From the human T2T-CHM13v2.0 reference genome, Homo sapiens, in NCBI RefSeq assembly GCF_009914755.1, contig NC_060948.1: a stretch of 64,000 nucleotides of DNA; one strand, given 5' to 3'. The translations under genes were made by a program, and so were the position numbers. Positions 1 to 21,278 of this stretch are shown here, one piece after another. Position 1 is the stretch's first letter; every line of letters begins with the position of its first letter. The notes under the pieces were generated by a model. It was not told where the DNA came from. It searched no databases and worked only from the letters and a program-made list of their open reading frames with translations.

Positions 1-99
1 GCTCAGAGTTTTGTTTCAAGAACTGAATCCCAAGCCCACACGTTATTAGGCTGCGCTTCTTAAAACAAGTTATGAGATGGGAAAAAGGGCACCCACAAA

Positions 100-1953
<1,854 letters not shown>

Positions 1954-2521
1954 AGATCCATATTTTTTAAATGAAAAAAAATTTCAAAGGTACTCTGCTT
2001 GGTACAATAATCAAATGTATAAACTGAGGAATAAAACATAACCATGAAACCTACTTATAACTGCATATGGAAAATACAGAGGATAATTTTTTAAATAACA
2101 TATTTTGAAAGCCTTAACTAGTAATTTGAAGAGTTGGCATTTGAAAGGCCAGTATGAATATACCTTCAAAGCAGCAACACAGGTTCCCCATGAGAAAAAG
2201 CAAACACAGGGAAAATAAAAACACAAAGGTTCAATCTCTTCTGACCTTTGAAAGACACAGCACAGACAGTGGTCCTTAGGACGAAGAGCAGGAGACCCCT
2301 AATTCCGTCACCATGGCGATAGGGCATAAACATTGCTGGGTGAGGGCACAATCCACATTGTGAGGTCCAACTGCTGCCAGGAAGACAGGAGTGCTTTTAC
2401 ATAGACCGAAAGGTCATTGAAGGCTCAGAGTTTTGTTTCAAGAACTGAATCCCAAGCCCACACGTTATTAGGCTGCGCTTCTTAAAACAAGTTATGAGAT
2501 GGGAAAAAGGGCACCCACAAA
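1954..2521. repeat. HSATI-type GC-balanced segment between the Alu and the next AT-rich tract; present in every unit
   Basis: ~570 bp complex sequence at the position where the HSATI component lies in DYZ2. Named from the known unit architecture, not from an alignment. Confidence 0.75.
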
Positions 2522-4053
2522 CATACGTATACATTATGTATATAATAATATACAGTATCATATATATAATATATATAACCTATGTATAATATTGTTTTAC
2601 ATCCTGCATCCTATGTTATATATATTGTATAAAATATAATAATTGATAATATATAAGCTGTATAATTATACAATATGACATAGAGTATATATTATAATTT
2701 ATGACATATATAATATATGTTATATATCATATATAGAATATATTATATGGTTAATATACGTATTAAATATAAATTATACATTATATATATTATATATAAT
2801 ATATCTGTTATATATAATACCCATTATGCATAATATATATATTATGTCTATGTTATATATAGTATAAAACAACATATAATAATATATAATTGTATATATA
2901 AAATGCGACATATAATATATATTATATTTTATAACATATGTAATATATATTATATATAATACGTTGTATGTATAATACCTATATTAAATATATATTATAT
3001 GACTATGTTATTAATTACATGTCACATGTGTTATATATTATATATTTTACATAGAATATACCGGTTACATACAATATATACTATGTTACCTATAATGTAT
3101 AATTTATTACATGTAAAATAAAGAATGCAATATATTATGTATAATTTATAATATACAATATGTGGAATGTGATATATGTAACATATAATATATGATATAT
3201 GATATACAGTATATGATATATAACATACAATATATGATTCCTAATATATATGGTATACAATATATATTTTATGATATGTATTCTATATGTTTTATATTCT
3301 GTTATATATAACTATTTGAAATTATATATAACTGTATAATATTTTATGTAAATATGTAATATAATATATATAACTATATAATATATTATATATAACTATA
3401 TATTATGTTATATATACTTTTATAACATAATTTACATAAAATATCATAATATAATATATATTATAATATTTCATATTACATAATATATATTACATATCAC
3501 CCAATATAACTAACATACATAATATTATAATATAGATTATATTATGTTATATTAAATATCATATATATCATGTATCATATATTCTATAATATATATTACA
3601 CATTATATAATATGTATGTTGTCTATTATGTGATATATATAACTATATATATAATTATATTTTTATACATATAACTGGATAAACATGTAATTCTACATAT
3701 TTTCATTTATAATATGTAGAATTATATAATCATATATAATTATTTATATTCTATAAAAAATTTTATCATTATATAAATTATAATATATAAAAATTATAAT
3801 ATGTACTACAAATATATATATATTATATATCATATATGATATAGTACCTTTGTTATATATCATAATACATATAAATGTGTATTATGTTATCTATAATTAT
3901 ATAATTTCATATATAAGATGTATAATATGTATCATATATTATATATGTTATGTAATATATATAGTATATATAAGATGACACAGGATAAATATTATATACT
4001 ATGACATATAAAATATATGAGGTTATATGTTACATATAAGGCATAGCACATAA

Positions 4054-4368
<315 letters not shown>

Positions 4369-6468
4369 AGATCCATATTTTTTAAATGAAAAAAAATTTC
4401 AAAGGTACTCTGCTTGGTACAATAATCAAATGTATAAACTGAGGAATAAAACATAACCATGAAACCTACTTATAACTGCATATGGAAAATACAGAGGATA
4501 ATTTTTTAAATAACATATTTTGAAAGCCTTAACTAGTAATTTGAAGAGTTGGCATTTGAAAGGCCAGTATGAATATACCTTCAAAGCAGCAACACAGGTT
4601 CCCCATGAGAAAAAGCAAACACAGGGAAAATAAAAACACAAAGGTTCAATCTCTTCTGACCTTTGAAAGACACAGCACAGACAGTGGTCCTTAGGACGAA
4701 GAGCAGGAGACCCCTAATTCCGTCACCATGGCGATAGGGCATAAACATTGCTGGGTGAGGGCACAATCCACATTGTGAGGTCCAACTGCTGCCAGGAAGA
4801 CAGGAGTGCTTTTACATAGACCGAAAGGTCATTGAAGGCTCAGAGTTTTGTTTCAAGAACTGAATCCCAAGCCCACACGTTATTAGGCTGCGCTTCTTAA
4901 AACAAGTTATGAGATGGGAAAAAGGGCACCCACAAACATACGTATACATTATGTATATAATAATATACAGTATCATATATATAATATATATAACCTATGT
5001 ATAATATTGTTTTACATCCTGCATCTTATGTTATATATATTGTATAAAATATAATAATTGATAATATATAAGTTTTATAATTATACAATATGACATAGAG
5101 TATATATTATAATTTATGACATATATAATATATGTTATATATCATATATAGAATATATTATACGGTTAATATACGTATTAAATATAAATTATACATTATA
5201 TATATTATATATAATATATCTGTTATATATAATACCCATTATGCATAATATATATATTATGTCTATGTTATATATAGTATAAAACAACATATAATAATAT
5301 ATAATTGTATATATAAAATGCGACATATAATATATATTATATTTTATAACATATGTAATATATATTATATATAATACGTTGTATGTATAATACCTATATT
5401 AAATATATATTATATGACTATGTTATTAATTACATGTCACATGTGTTATATATTATATATTTTACATAGAATATACCGGTTACATACAATATATACTATG
5501 TTACCTATAATGTATAATTTATTACATGTAAAATAAAGAATGCAATATATTATGTATAATTTATAATATACAATATGTGGAATGTGATATATGTAACATA
5601 TAATATATGATATATGATATACAGTATATGATATATAACATACAATATATGATTCCTAATATATATGGTATACAATATATATTTTATGATATGTATTCTA
5701 TATGTTTTATATTCTGTTATATATAACTATTTGAAATTATATATAACTGTATAATATTTTATGTAAATATGTAATATAATATATATAACTATATAATATA
5801 TTATATATAACTATATATTATGTTATATATACTTTTATAACATAATTTACATAAAATATCATAATATAATATATATTAAATTATTTCATATTACATAATA
5901 TATATTACATATCACCCAATATAACTAACATACATAATATTATAATATAGATTATATTATGTTATATTAAATATCATATATATCATGTATCATATATTCT
6001 ATAATATATATTACACATTATATAATATGTATGTTGTCTATTATGTGATATATATAACTATATATATAATTATATTTTTATACATATAACTGGATAAACA
6101 TGTAATTCTACATATTTTCATTTATAATATGTAGAATTATATAATCATATATAATTATTTATATTCTATAAAAAATTTTATCATTATATAAATTATAATA
6201 TATAAAAATTATAATATGTACTACAAATATATATATATTATATATCATATATGATATAGTACCTTTGTTATATATCATAATACATATAAATGTGTATTAT
6301 GTTATCTATAATTATATAATTTCATATATAAGATGTATAATATGTATCATATATTATATATGTTATGTAATATATATAGTATATATAAGATGACACAGGA
6401 TAAATATTATATACTATGACATATAAAATATATGAGGTTATATGTTACATATAAGGCATAGCACATAA

Positions 6469-6783
<315 letters not shown>

Positions 6784-8883
6784 AGATCCATATTTTTTAA
6801 ATGAAAAAAAATTTCAAAGGTACTCTGCTTGGTACAATAATCAAATGTATAAACTGAGGAATAAAACATAACCATGAAACCTACTTATAACTGCATATGG
6901 AAAATACAGAGGATAATTTTTTAAATAACATATTTTGAAAGCCTTAACTAGTAATTTGAAGAGTTGGCATTTGAAAGGCCAGTATGAATATACCTTCAAA
7001 GCAGCAACACAGGTTCCCCATGAGAAAAAGCAAACACAGGGAAAATAAAAACACAAAGGTTCAATCTCTTCTGACCTTTGAAAGACACAGCACAGACAGT
7101 GGTCCTTAGGACGAAGAGCAGGAGACCCCTAATTCCGTCACCATGGCGATAGGGCATAAACATTGCTGGGTGAGGGCACAATCCACATTGTGAGGTCCAA
7201 CTGCTGCCAGGAAGACAGGAGTGCTTTTACATAGACCGAAAGGTCATTGAAGGCTCAGAGTTTTGTTTCAAGAACTGAATCCCAAGCCCACACGTTATTA
7301 GGCTGCGCTTCTTAAAACAAGTTATGAGATGGGAAAAAGGGCACCCACAAACATACGTATACATTATGTATATAATAATATACAGTATCATATATATAAT
7401 ATATATAACCTATGTATAATATTGTTTTACATCCTGCATCTTATGTTATATATATTGTATAAAATATAATAATTGATAATATATAAGTTTTATAATTATA
7501 CAATATGACATAGAGTATATATTATAATTTATGACATATATAATATATGTTATATATCATATATAGAATATATTATACGGTTAATATACGTATTAAATAT
7601 AAATTATACATTATATATATTATATATAATATATCTGTTATATATAATACCCATTATGCATAATATATATATTATGTCTATGTTATATATAGTATAAAAC
7701 AACATATAATAATATATAATTGTATATATAAAATGCGACATATAATATATATTATATTTTATAACATATGTAATATATATTATATATAATACGTTGTATG
7801 TATAATACCTATATTAAATATATATTATATGACTATGTTATTAATTACATGTCACATGTGTTATATATTATATATTTTACATAGAATATACCGGTTACAT
7901 ACAATATATACTATGTTACCTATAATGTATAATTTATTACATGTAAAATAAAGAATGCAATATATTATGTATAATTTATAATATACAATATGTGGAATGT
8001 GATATATGTAACATATAATATATGATATATGATATACAGTATATGATATATAACATACAATATATGATTCCTAATATATATGGTATACAATATATATTTT
8101 ATGATATGTATTCTATATGTTTTATATTCTGTTATATATAACTATTTGAAATTATATATAACTGTATAATATTTTATGTAAATATGTAATATAATATATA
8201 TAACTATATAATATATTATATATAACTATATATTATGTTATATATACTTTTATAACATAATTTACATAAAATATCATAATATAATATATATTATAATATT
8301 TCATATTAAATAATATATATTACATATCACCCAATATAACTAACATACATAATATTATAATATAGATTATATTATGTTATATTAAATATCATATATATCA
8401 TGTATCATATATTCTATAATATATATTACACATTATATAATATGTATGTTGTCTATTATGTGATATATATAACTATATATATAATTATATTTTTATACAT
8501 ATAACTGGATAAACATGTAATTCTACATATTTTCATTTATAATATGTAGAATTATATAATCATATATAATTATTTATATTCTATAAAAAATTTTATCATT
8601 ATATAAATTATAATATATAAAAATTATAATATGTACTACAAATATATATATATTATATATCATATATGATATAGTACCTTTGTTATATATCATAATACAT
8701 ATAAATGTGTATTATGTTATCTATAATTATATAATTTCATATATAAGATGTATAATATGTATCATATATTATATATGTTATGTAATATATATAGTATATA
8801 TAAGATGACACAGGATAAATATTATATACTATGACATATAAAATATATGAGGTTATATGTTACATATAAGGCATAGCACATAA

Positions 8884-9198
<315 letters not shown>

Positions 9199-11298
9199 AG
9201 ATCCATATTTTTTAAATGAAAAAAAATTTCAAAGGTACTCTGCTTGGTACAATAATCAAATGTATAAACTGAGGAATAAAACATAACCATGAAACCTACT
9301 TATAACTGCATATGGAAAATACAGAGGATAATTTTTTAAATAACATATTTTGAAAGCCTTAACTAGTAATTTGAAGAGTTGGCATTTGAAAGGCCAGTAT
9401 GAATATACCTTCAAAGCAGCAACACAGGTTCCCCATGAGAAAAAGCAAACACAGGGAAAATAAAAACACAAAGGTTCAATCTCTTCTGACCTTTGAAAGA
9501 CACAGCACAGACAGTGGTCCTTAGGACGAAGAGCAGGAGACCCCTAATTCCGTCACCATGGCGATAGGGCATAAACATTGCTGGGTGAGGGCACAATCCA
9601 CATTGTGAGGTCCAACTGCTGCCAGGAAGACAGGAGTGCTTTTACATAGACCGAAAGGTCATTGAAGGCTCAGAGTTTTGTTTCAAGAACTGAATCCCAA
9701 GCCCACACGTTATTAGGCTGCGCTTCTTAAAACAAGTTATGAGATGGGAAAAAGGGCACCCACAAACATACGTATACATTATGTATATAATAATATACAG
9801 TATCATATATATAATATATATAACCTATGTATAATATTGTTTTACATCCTGCATCTTATGTTATATATATTGTATAAAATATAATAATTGATAATATATA
9901 AGTTTTATAATTATACAATATGACATAGAGTATATATTATAATTTATGACATATATAATATATGTTATATATCATATATAGAATATATTATACGGTTAAT
10001 ATACGTATTAAATATAAATTATACATTATATATATTATATATAATATATCTGTTATATATAATACCCATTATGCATAATATATATATTATGTCTATGTTA
10101 TATATAGTATAAAACAACATATAATAATATATAATTGTATATATAAAATGCGACATATAATATATATTATATTTTATAACATATGTAATATATATTATAT
10201 ATAATACGTTGTATGTATAATACCTATATTAAATATATATTATATGACTATGTTATTAATTACATGTCACATGTGTTATATATTATATATTTTACATAGA
10301 ATATACCGGTTACATACAATATATACTATGTTACCTATAATGTATAATTTATTACATGTAAAATAAAGAATGCAATATATTATGTATAATTTATAATATA
10401 CAATATGTGGAATGTGATATATGTAACATATAATATATGATATATGATATACAGTATATGATATATAACATACAATATATGATTCCTAATATATATGGTA
10501 TACAATATATATTTTATGATATGTATTCTATATGTTTTATATTCTGTTATATATAACTATTTGAAATTATATATAACTGTATAATATTTTATGTAAATAT
10601 GTAATATAATATATATAACTATATAATATATTATATATAACTATATATTATGTTATATATACTTTTATAACATAATTTACATAAAATATCATAATATAAT
10701 ATATATTATAATATTTCATATTACATAATATATATTACATATCACCCAATATAACTAACATACATAATATTATAATATAGATTATATTATGTTATATTAA
10801 ATATCATATATATCATGTATGATATATTCTATAATATATATTACACATTATATAATATGTATGTTGTCTATTATGTGATATATGTAACTATATATATAAT
10901 TATATTTTTATACATATAACTGGATAAACATGTAATTCTACATATTTTCATTTATAATATGTAGAATTATATAATCATATATAATTATTTATATTCTATA
11001 AAAAATTTTATCATTATATAAATTATAATATATAAAAATTATAATATGTACTACAAATATATATATATTATATATCATATATGATATAGTACCTTTGTTA
11101 TATATCATAATACATATAAATGTGTATTATGTTATCTATAATTATATAATTTCATATATAAGATGTATAATATGTATCATATATTATATATGTTATGTAA
11201 TATATATAGTATATATAAGATGACACAGGATAAATATTATATACTATGACATATAAAATATATGAGGTTATATGTTACATATAAGGCATAGCACATAA

Positions 11299-11613
<315 letters not shown>

Positions 11614-13713
11614 AGATCCATATTTTTTAAATGAAAAAAAATTTCAAAGGTACTCTGCTTGGTACAATAATCAAATGTATAAACTGAGGAATAAAACATA
11701 ACCATGAAACCTACTTATAACTGCATATGGAAAATACAGAGGATAATTTTTTAAATAACATATTTTGAAAGCCTTAACTAGTAATTTGAAGAGTTGGCAT
11801 TTGAAAGGCCAGTATGAATATACCTTCAAAGCAGCAACACAGGTTCCCCATGAGAAAAAGCAAACACAGGGAAAATAAAAACACAAAGGTTCAATCTCTT
11901 CTGACCTTTGAAAGACACAGCACAGACAGTGGTCCTTAGGACGAAGAGCAGGAGACCCCTAATTCCGTCACCATGGCGATAGGGCATAAACATTGCTGGG
12001 TGAGGGCACAATCCACATTGTGAGGTCCAACTGCTGCCAGGAAGACAGGAGTGCTTTTACATAGACCGAAAGGTCATTGAAGGCTCAGAGTTTTGTTTCA
12101 AGAACTGAATCCCAAGCCCACACGTTATTAGGCTGCGCTTCTTAAAACAAGTTATGAGATGGGAAAAAGGGCACCCACAAACATACGTATACATTATGTA
12201 TATAATAATATACAGTATCATATATATAATATATATAACCTATGTATAATATTGTTTTACATCCTGCATCTTATGTTATATATATTGTATAAAATATAAT
12301 AATTGATAATATATAAGTTTTATAATTATACAATATGACATAGAGTATATATTATAATTTATGACATATATAATATATGTTATATATCATATATAGAATA
12401 TATTATACGGTTAATATACGTATTAAATATAAATTATACATTATATATATTATATATAATATATCTGTTATATATAATACCCATTATGCATAATATATAT
12501 ATTATGTCTATGTTATATATAGTATAAAACAACATATAATAATATATAATTGTATATATAAAATGCGACATATAATATATATTATATTTTATAACATATG
12601 TAATATATATTATATATAATACGTTGTATGTATAATACCTATATTAAATATATATTATATGACTATGTTATTAATTACATGTCACATGTGTTATATATTA
12701 TATATTTTACATAGAATATACCGGTTACATACAATATATACTATGTTACCTATAATGTATAATTTATTACATGTAAAATAAAGAATGCAATATATTATGT
12801 ATAATTTATAATATACAATATGTGGAATGTGATATATGTAACATATAATATATGATATATGATATACAGTATATGATATATAACATACAATATATGATTC
12901 CTAATATATATGGTATACAATATATATTTTATGATATGTATTCTATATGTTTTATATTCTGTTATATATAACTATTTGAAATTATATATAACTGTATAAT
13001 ATTTTATGTAAATATGTAATATAATATATATAACTATATAATATATTATATATAACTATATATTATGTTATATATACTTTTATAACATAATTTACATAAA
13101 ATATCATAATATAATATATATTATAATATTTCATATTACATAATATATATTACATATCACCCAATATAACTAACATACATAATATTATAATATAGATTAT
13201 ATTATGTTATATTAAATATCATATATATCATGTATCATATATTCTATAATATATATTACACATTATATAATATGTATGTTGTCTATTATGTGATATATGT
13301 AACTATATATATAATTATATTTTTATACATATAACTGGATAAACATGTAATTCTACATATTTTCATTTATAATATGTAGAATTATATAATCATATATAAT
13401 TATTTATATTCTATAAAAAATTTTATCATTATATAAATTATAATATATAAAAATTATAATATGTACTACAAATATATATATATTATATATCATATATGAT
13501 ATAGTACCTTTGTTATATATCATAATACATATAAATGTGTATTATGTTATCTATAATTATATAATTTCATATATAAGATGTATAATATGTATCATATATT
13601 ATATATGTTATGTAATATATATAGTATATATAAGATGACACAGGATAAATATTATATACTATGACATATAAAATATATGAGGTTATATGTTACATATAAG
13701 GCATAGCACATAA

Positions 13714-14028
<315 letters not shown>

Positions 14029-16133
14029 AGATCCATATTTTTTAAATGAAAAAAAATTTCAAAGGTACTCTGCTTGGTACAATAATCAAATGTATAAACT
14101 GAGGAATAAAACATAACCATGAAACCTACTTATAACTGCATATGGAAAATACAGAGGATAATTTTTTAAATAACATATTTTGAAAGCCTTAACTAGTAAT
14201 TTGAAGAGTTGGCATTTGAAAGGCCAGTATGAATATACCTTCAAAGCAGCAACACAGGTTCCCCATGAGAAAAAGCAAACACAGGGAAAATAAAAACACA
14301 AAGGTTCAATCTCTTCTGACCTTTGAAAGACACAGCACAGACAGTGGTCCTTAGGACGAAGAGCAGGAGACCCCTAATTCCGTCACCATGGCGATAGGGC
14401 ATAAACATTGCTGGGTGAGGGCACAATCCACATTGTGAGGTCCAACTGCTGCCAGGAAGACAGGAGTGCTTTTACATAGACCGAAAGGTCATTGAAGGCT
14501 CAGAGTTTTGTTTCAAGAACTGAATCCCAAGCCCACACGTTATTAGGCTGCGCTTCTTAAAACAAGTTATGAGATGGGAAAAAGGGCACCCACAAACATA
14601 CGTATACATTATGTATATAATAATATACAGTATCATATATATAATATATATAACCTATGTATAATATTGTTTTACATCCTGCATCCTATGTTATATATAT
14701 TGTATAAAATATAATAATTGATAATATATAAGCTGTATAATTATACAATATGACATATAGTATATATTATAATTTATGACATATATAATATATGTTATAT
14801 ATCATATATAGAATATATTATATGGTTAATATACGTATTAAATATAAATTATACATTATATATATTATATATAATATATCTGTTATATATAATACCCATT
14901 ATGCATAATATATATATTATGTCTATGTTATTTATAGTATAAAACAACATATAATAATATATAATTGTATATATAAAATGCGACATATAATATATATTAT
15001 ATTTTATAACATATGTAATATATATTATATATTATATATAATACGTTGTATGTATAATACCTATATTAAATATATATTATATGACTATGTTATTAATTAC
15101 ATGTCACATGTGTTATATATTATATATTTTACATAGAATATACCGGTTACATACAATATATACTATGTTACCTATAATGTATAATTTATTACATGTAAAA
15201 TAAAGAATGCAATATATTATGTATAATTTATAATATACAATATGTGGAATGTGATATATGTAACATATAATATATGATATATGATATACAGTATATGATA
15301 TATAACATACAATATATGATTCCTAATATATATGGTATACAATATATATTTTATGATATGTATTCTATATGTTTTATATTCTGTTATATATAACTATTTG
15401 AAATTATATATAACTGTATAATATTTTATGTAAATATGTAATATAATATATATAACTATATAATATATTATATATAACTATATATTATGTTATATATACT
15501 TTTATAACATAATTTACATAAAATATCATAATATAATATATATTATAATATTTCATATTACATAATATATATTACATATCACCCAATATAACTAACATAC
15601 ATAATATTATAATATAGATTATATTATGTTATATTAAATATCATATATATCATGTATCATATATTCTATAATATATATTACACATTATATAATATGTATG
15701 TTGTCTATTATGTGATATATATAACTATATATATAATTATATTTTTATACATATAACTGGATAAACATGTAATTCTACATATTTTCATTTATAATATGTA
15801 GAATTATATAATCATATATAATTATTTATATTCTATAAAAAATTTTATCATTATATAAATTATAATATATAAAAATTATAATATGTACTACAAATATATA
15901 TATTATATATCATATATGATATAGTACCTTTGTTATATATCATAATACATATAAATGTGTATTATGTTATCTATAATTATATAATTTCATATATAAGATG
16001 TATAATATGTATCATATATTATAGATGTTATGTAATATATATAGTATATATAAGATGACACAGGATAAATATTATATACTATGACATATAAAATATATGA
16101 GGTTATATGTTACATATAAGGCATAGCACATAA

Positions 16134-16448
<315 letters not shown>

Positions 16449-18545
16449 AGATCCATATTTTTTAAATGAAAAAAAATTTCAAAGGTACTCTGCTTGGTAC
16501 AATAATCAAATGTATAAACTGAGGAATAAAACATAACCATGAAACCTACTTATAACTGCATATGGAAAATACAGAGGATAATTTTTTAAATAACATATTT
16601 TGAAAGCCTTAACTAGTAATTTGAAGAGTTGGCATTTGAAAGGCCAGTATGAATATACCTTCAAAGCAGCAACACAGGTTCCCCATGAGAAAAAGCAAAC
16701 ACAGGGAAAATAAAAACACAAAGGTTCAATCTCTTCTGACCTTTGAAAGACACAGCACAGACAGTGGTCCTTAGGACGAAGAGCAGGAGACCCCTAATTC
16801 CGTCACCATGGCGATAGGGCATAAACATTGCTGGGTGAGGGCACAATCCACATTGTGAGGTCCAACTGCTGCCAGGAAGACAGGAGTGCTTTTACATAGA
16901 CCGAAAGGTCATTGAAGGCTCAGAGTTTTGTTTCAAGAACTGAATCCCAAGCCCACACGTTATTAGGCTGCGCTTCTTAAAACAAGTTATGAGATGGGAA
17001 AAAGGGCACCCACAAACATACGTATACATTATGTATATAATAATATACAGTATCATATATATAATATATATAACCTATGTATAATATTGTTTTACATCCT
17101 GCATCTTATGTTATATATATTGTATAAAATATAATAATTGATAATATATAAGTTTTATAATTATACAATATGACATAGAGTATATATTATAATTTATGAC
17201 ATATATAATATATGTTATATATCATATATAGAATATATTATACGGTTAATATACGTATTAAATATAAATTATACATTATATATATTATATATAATATATC
17301 TGTTATATATAATACCCATTATGCATAATATATATATTATGTCTATGTTATATATAGTATAAAACAACATATAATAATATATAATTGTATATATAAAATG
17401 CGACATATAATATATATTATATTTTATAACATATGTAATATATATTATATATAATACGTTGTATGTATAATACCTATATTAAATATATATTATATGACTA
17501 TGTTATTAATTACATGTCACATGTGTTATATATTATATATTTTACATAGAATATACCGGTTACATACAATATATACTATGTTACCTATAATGTATAATTT
17601 ATTACATGTAAAATAAAGAATGCAATATATTATGTATAATTTATAATATACAATATGTGGAATGTGATATATGTAACATATAATATATGATATATGATAT
17701 ACAGTATATGATATATAACATACAATATATGATTCCTAATATATATGGTATACAATATATATTTTATGATATGTATTCTATATGTTTTATATTCTGTTAT
17801 ATATAACTATTTGAAATTATATATAACTGTATAATATTTTATGTAAATATGTAATATAATATATATAACTATATAATATATTATATATAACTATATATTA
17901 TGTTATATATACTTTTATAACATAATTTACATAAAATATCATAATATAATATATATTATAATATTTCATATTACATAATATATATTACATATCACCCAAT
18001 ATAACTAACATACATAATATTATAATATAGATTATATTATGTTATATTAAATATCATATATATCATGTATCATATATTCTATAATATATATTACACATTA
18101 TATAATATGTATGTCTATTATGTGATATATGTAACTATATATATAATTATATTTTTATACATATAACTGGATAAACATGTAATTCTACATATTTTCATTT
18201 ATAATATGTAGAATTATATAATCATATATAATTATTTATATTCTATAAAAAATTTTATCATTATATAAATTATAATATATAAAAATTATAATATGTACTA
18301 CAAATATATATATATTATATATCATATATGATATAGTACCTTTGTTATATATCATAATACATATAAATGTGTATTATGTTATCTATAATTATATAATTTC
18401 ATATATAAGATGTATAATATGTATCATATATTATATATGTTATGTAATATATATAGTATATATAAGATGACACAGGATAAATATTATATACTATGACATA
18501 TAAAATATATGAGGTTATATGTTACATATAAGGCATAGCACATAA

Positions 18546-18860
<315 letters not shown>

Positions 18861-20963
18861 AGATCCATATTTTTTAAATGAAAAAAAATTTCAAAGGTAC
18901 TCTGCTTGGTACAATAATCAAATGTATAAACTGAGGAATAAAACATAACCATGAAACCTACTTATAACTGCATATGGAAAATACAGAGGATAATTTTTTA
19001 AATAACATATTTTGAAAGCCTTAACTAGTAATTTGAAGAGTTGGCATTTGAAAGGCCAGTATGAATATACCTTCAAAGCAGCAACACAGGTTCCCCATGA
19101 GAAAAAGCAAACACAGGGAAAATAAAAACACAAAGGTTCAATCTCTTCTGACCTTTGAAAGACACAGCACAGACAGTGGTCCTTAGGACGAAGAGCAGGA
19201 GACCCCTAATTCCGTCACCATGGCGATAGGGCATAAACATTGCTGGGTGAGGGCACAATCCACATTGTGAGGTCCAACTGCTGCCAGGAAGACAGGAGTG
19301 CTTTTACATAGACCGAAAGGTCATTGAAGGCTCAGAGTTTTGTTTCAAGAACTGAATCCCAAGCCCACACGTTATTAGGCTGCGCTTCTTAAAACAAGTT
19401 ATGAGATGGGAAAAAGGGCACCCACAAACATACGTATACATTATGTATATAATAATATACAGTATCATATATATAATATATATAACCTATGTATAATATT
19501 GTTTTACATCCTGCATCCTATGTTATATATAGTATAAAATATAATAATTGATAATATATAAGCTGTATAATTATACAATATGACATATAGTATATATTAT
19601 AATTTATGACATATATAATATATGTTATATATCATATATAGAATATATTATATGGTTAATATACGTATTAAATATAAATTATACATTATATATATTATAT
19701 ATAATATATCTGTTATATATAATACCCATTATGCATAATATATATATTATGTCTATGTTATTTATAGTATAAAACAACATATAATAATATATAATTGTAT
19801 ATATAAAATGCGACATATAATATATATTATATTTTATAACATATGTAATATATATTATATATTATATATAATATGTTGTATGTATAATACCTATATTAAA
19901 TATATATTATATGACTATGTTATTAATTACATGTCACATGTGTTATATATTATATATTTTACATAGAATATACCGGTTACATACAATATATACTATGTTA
20001 CCTATAATGTATAATTTATTACATGTAAAATAAAGAATGCAATATATTATGTATAATTTATAATATACAATATGTGGAATGTGATATATGTAACATATAA
20101 TATATGATATATGATATACAGTATATGATATATAACATACAATATATGATTCCTAATATATATGGTATACAATATATATTTTATGATATGTATTCTATAT
20201 GTTTTATATTCTGTTATATATAACTATTTGAAATTATATATAACTGTATAATATTTTATGTAAATATGTAATATAATATATATAACTATATAATATATTA
20301 TATATAACTATATATTATGTTATATATACTTTTATAACATAATTTACATAAAATATCATAATATAATATATATTATAATATTTCATATTACATAATATAT
20401 ATTACATATCACCCAATATAACTAACATACATAATATTATAATATAGATTATATTATGTTATATTAAATATCATATATATCATGTATCATATATTCTATA
20501 ATATATATTACACATTATATAATATGTATGTTGTCTATTATGTGATATATATAACTATATATATAATTATATTTTTATACATATAACTGGATAAACATGT
20601 AATTCTACATATTTTCATTTATAATATGTAGAATTATATAATCATATATAATTATTTATATTCTATAAAAAATTTTATCATTATATAAATTATAATATAT
20701 AAAAATTATAATATGTACTACAAATATATATATTATATATCATATATGATATAGTACCTTTGTTATATATCATAATACATATAAATGTGTATTATGTTAT
20801 CTATAATTATATAATTTCATATATAAGATGTATAATATGTATCATATATTATAGATGTTATGTAATATATATAGTATATATAAGATGACACAGGATAAAT
20901 ATTATATACTATGACATATAAAATATATGAGGTTATATGTTACATATAAGGCATAGCACATAA

Positions 20964-21278
<315 letters not shown>

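Noticed and set aside
2011-2351. Overlapping 71-aa and 61-aa minus-strand ORFs repeated in each unit
   Set aside because: Short, no recognisable domain, overlapping in different frames within satellite DNA. Identity across copies reflects DNA homogenisation, and the 71-aa ORF is lost in unit 26.
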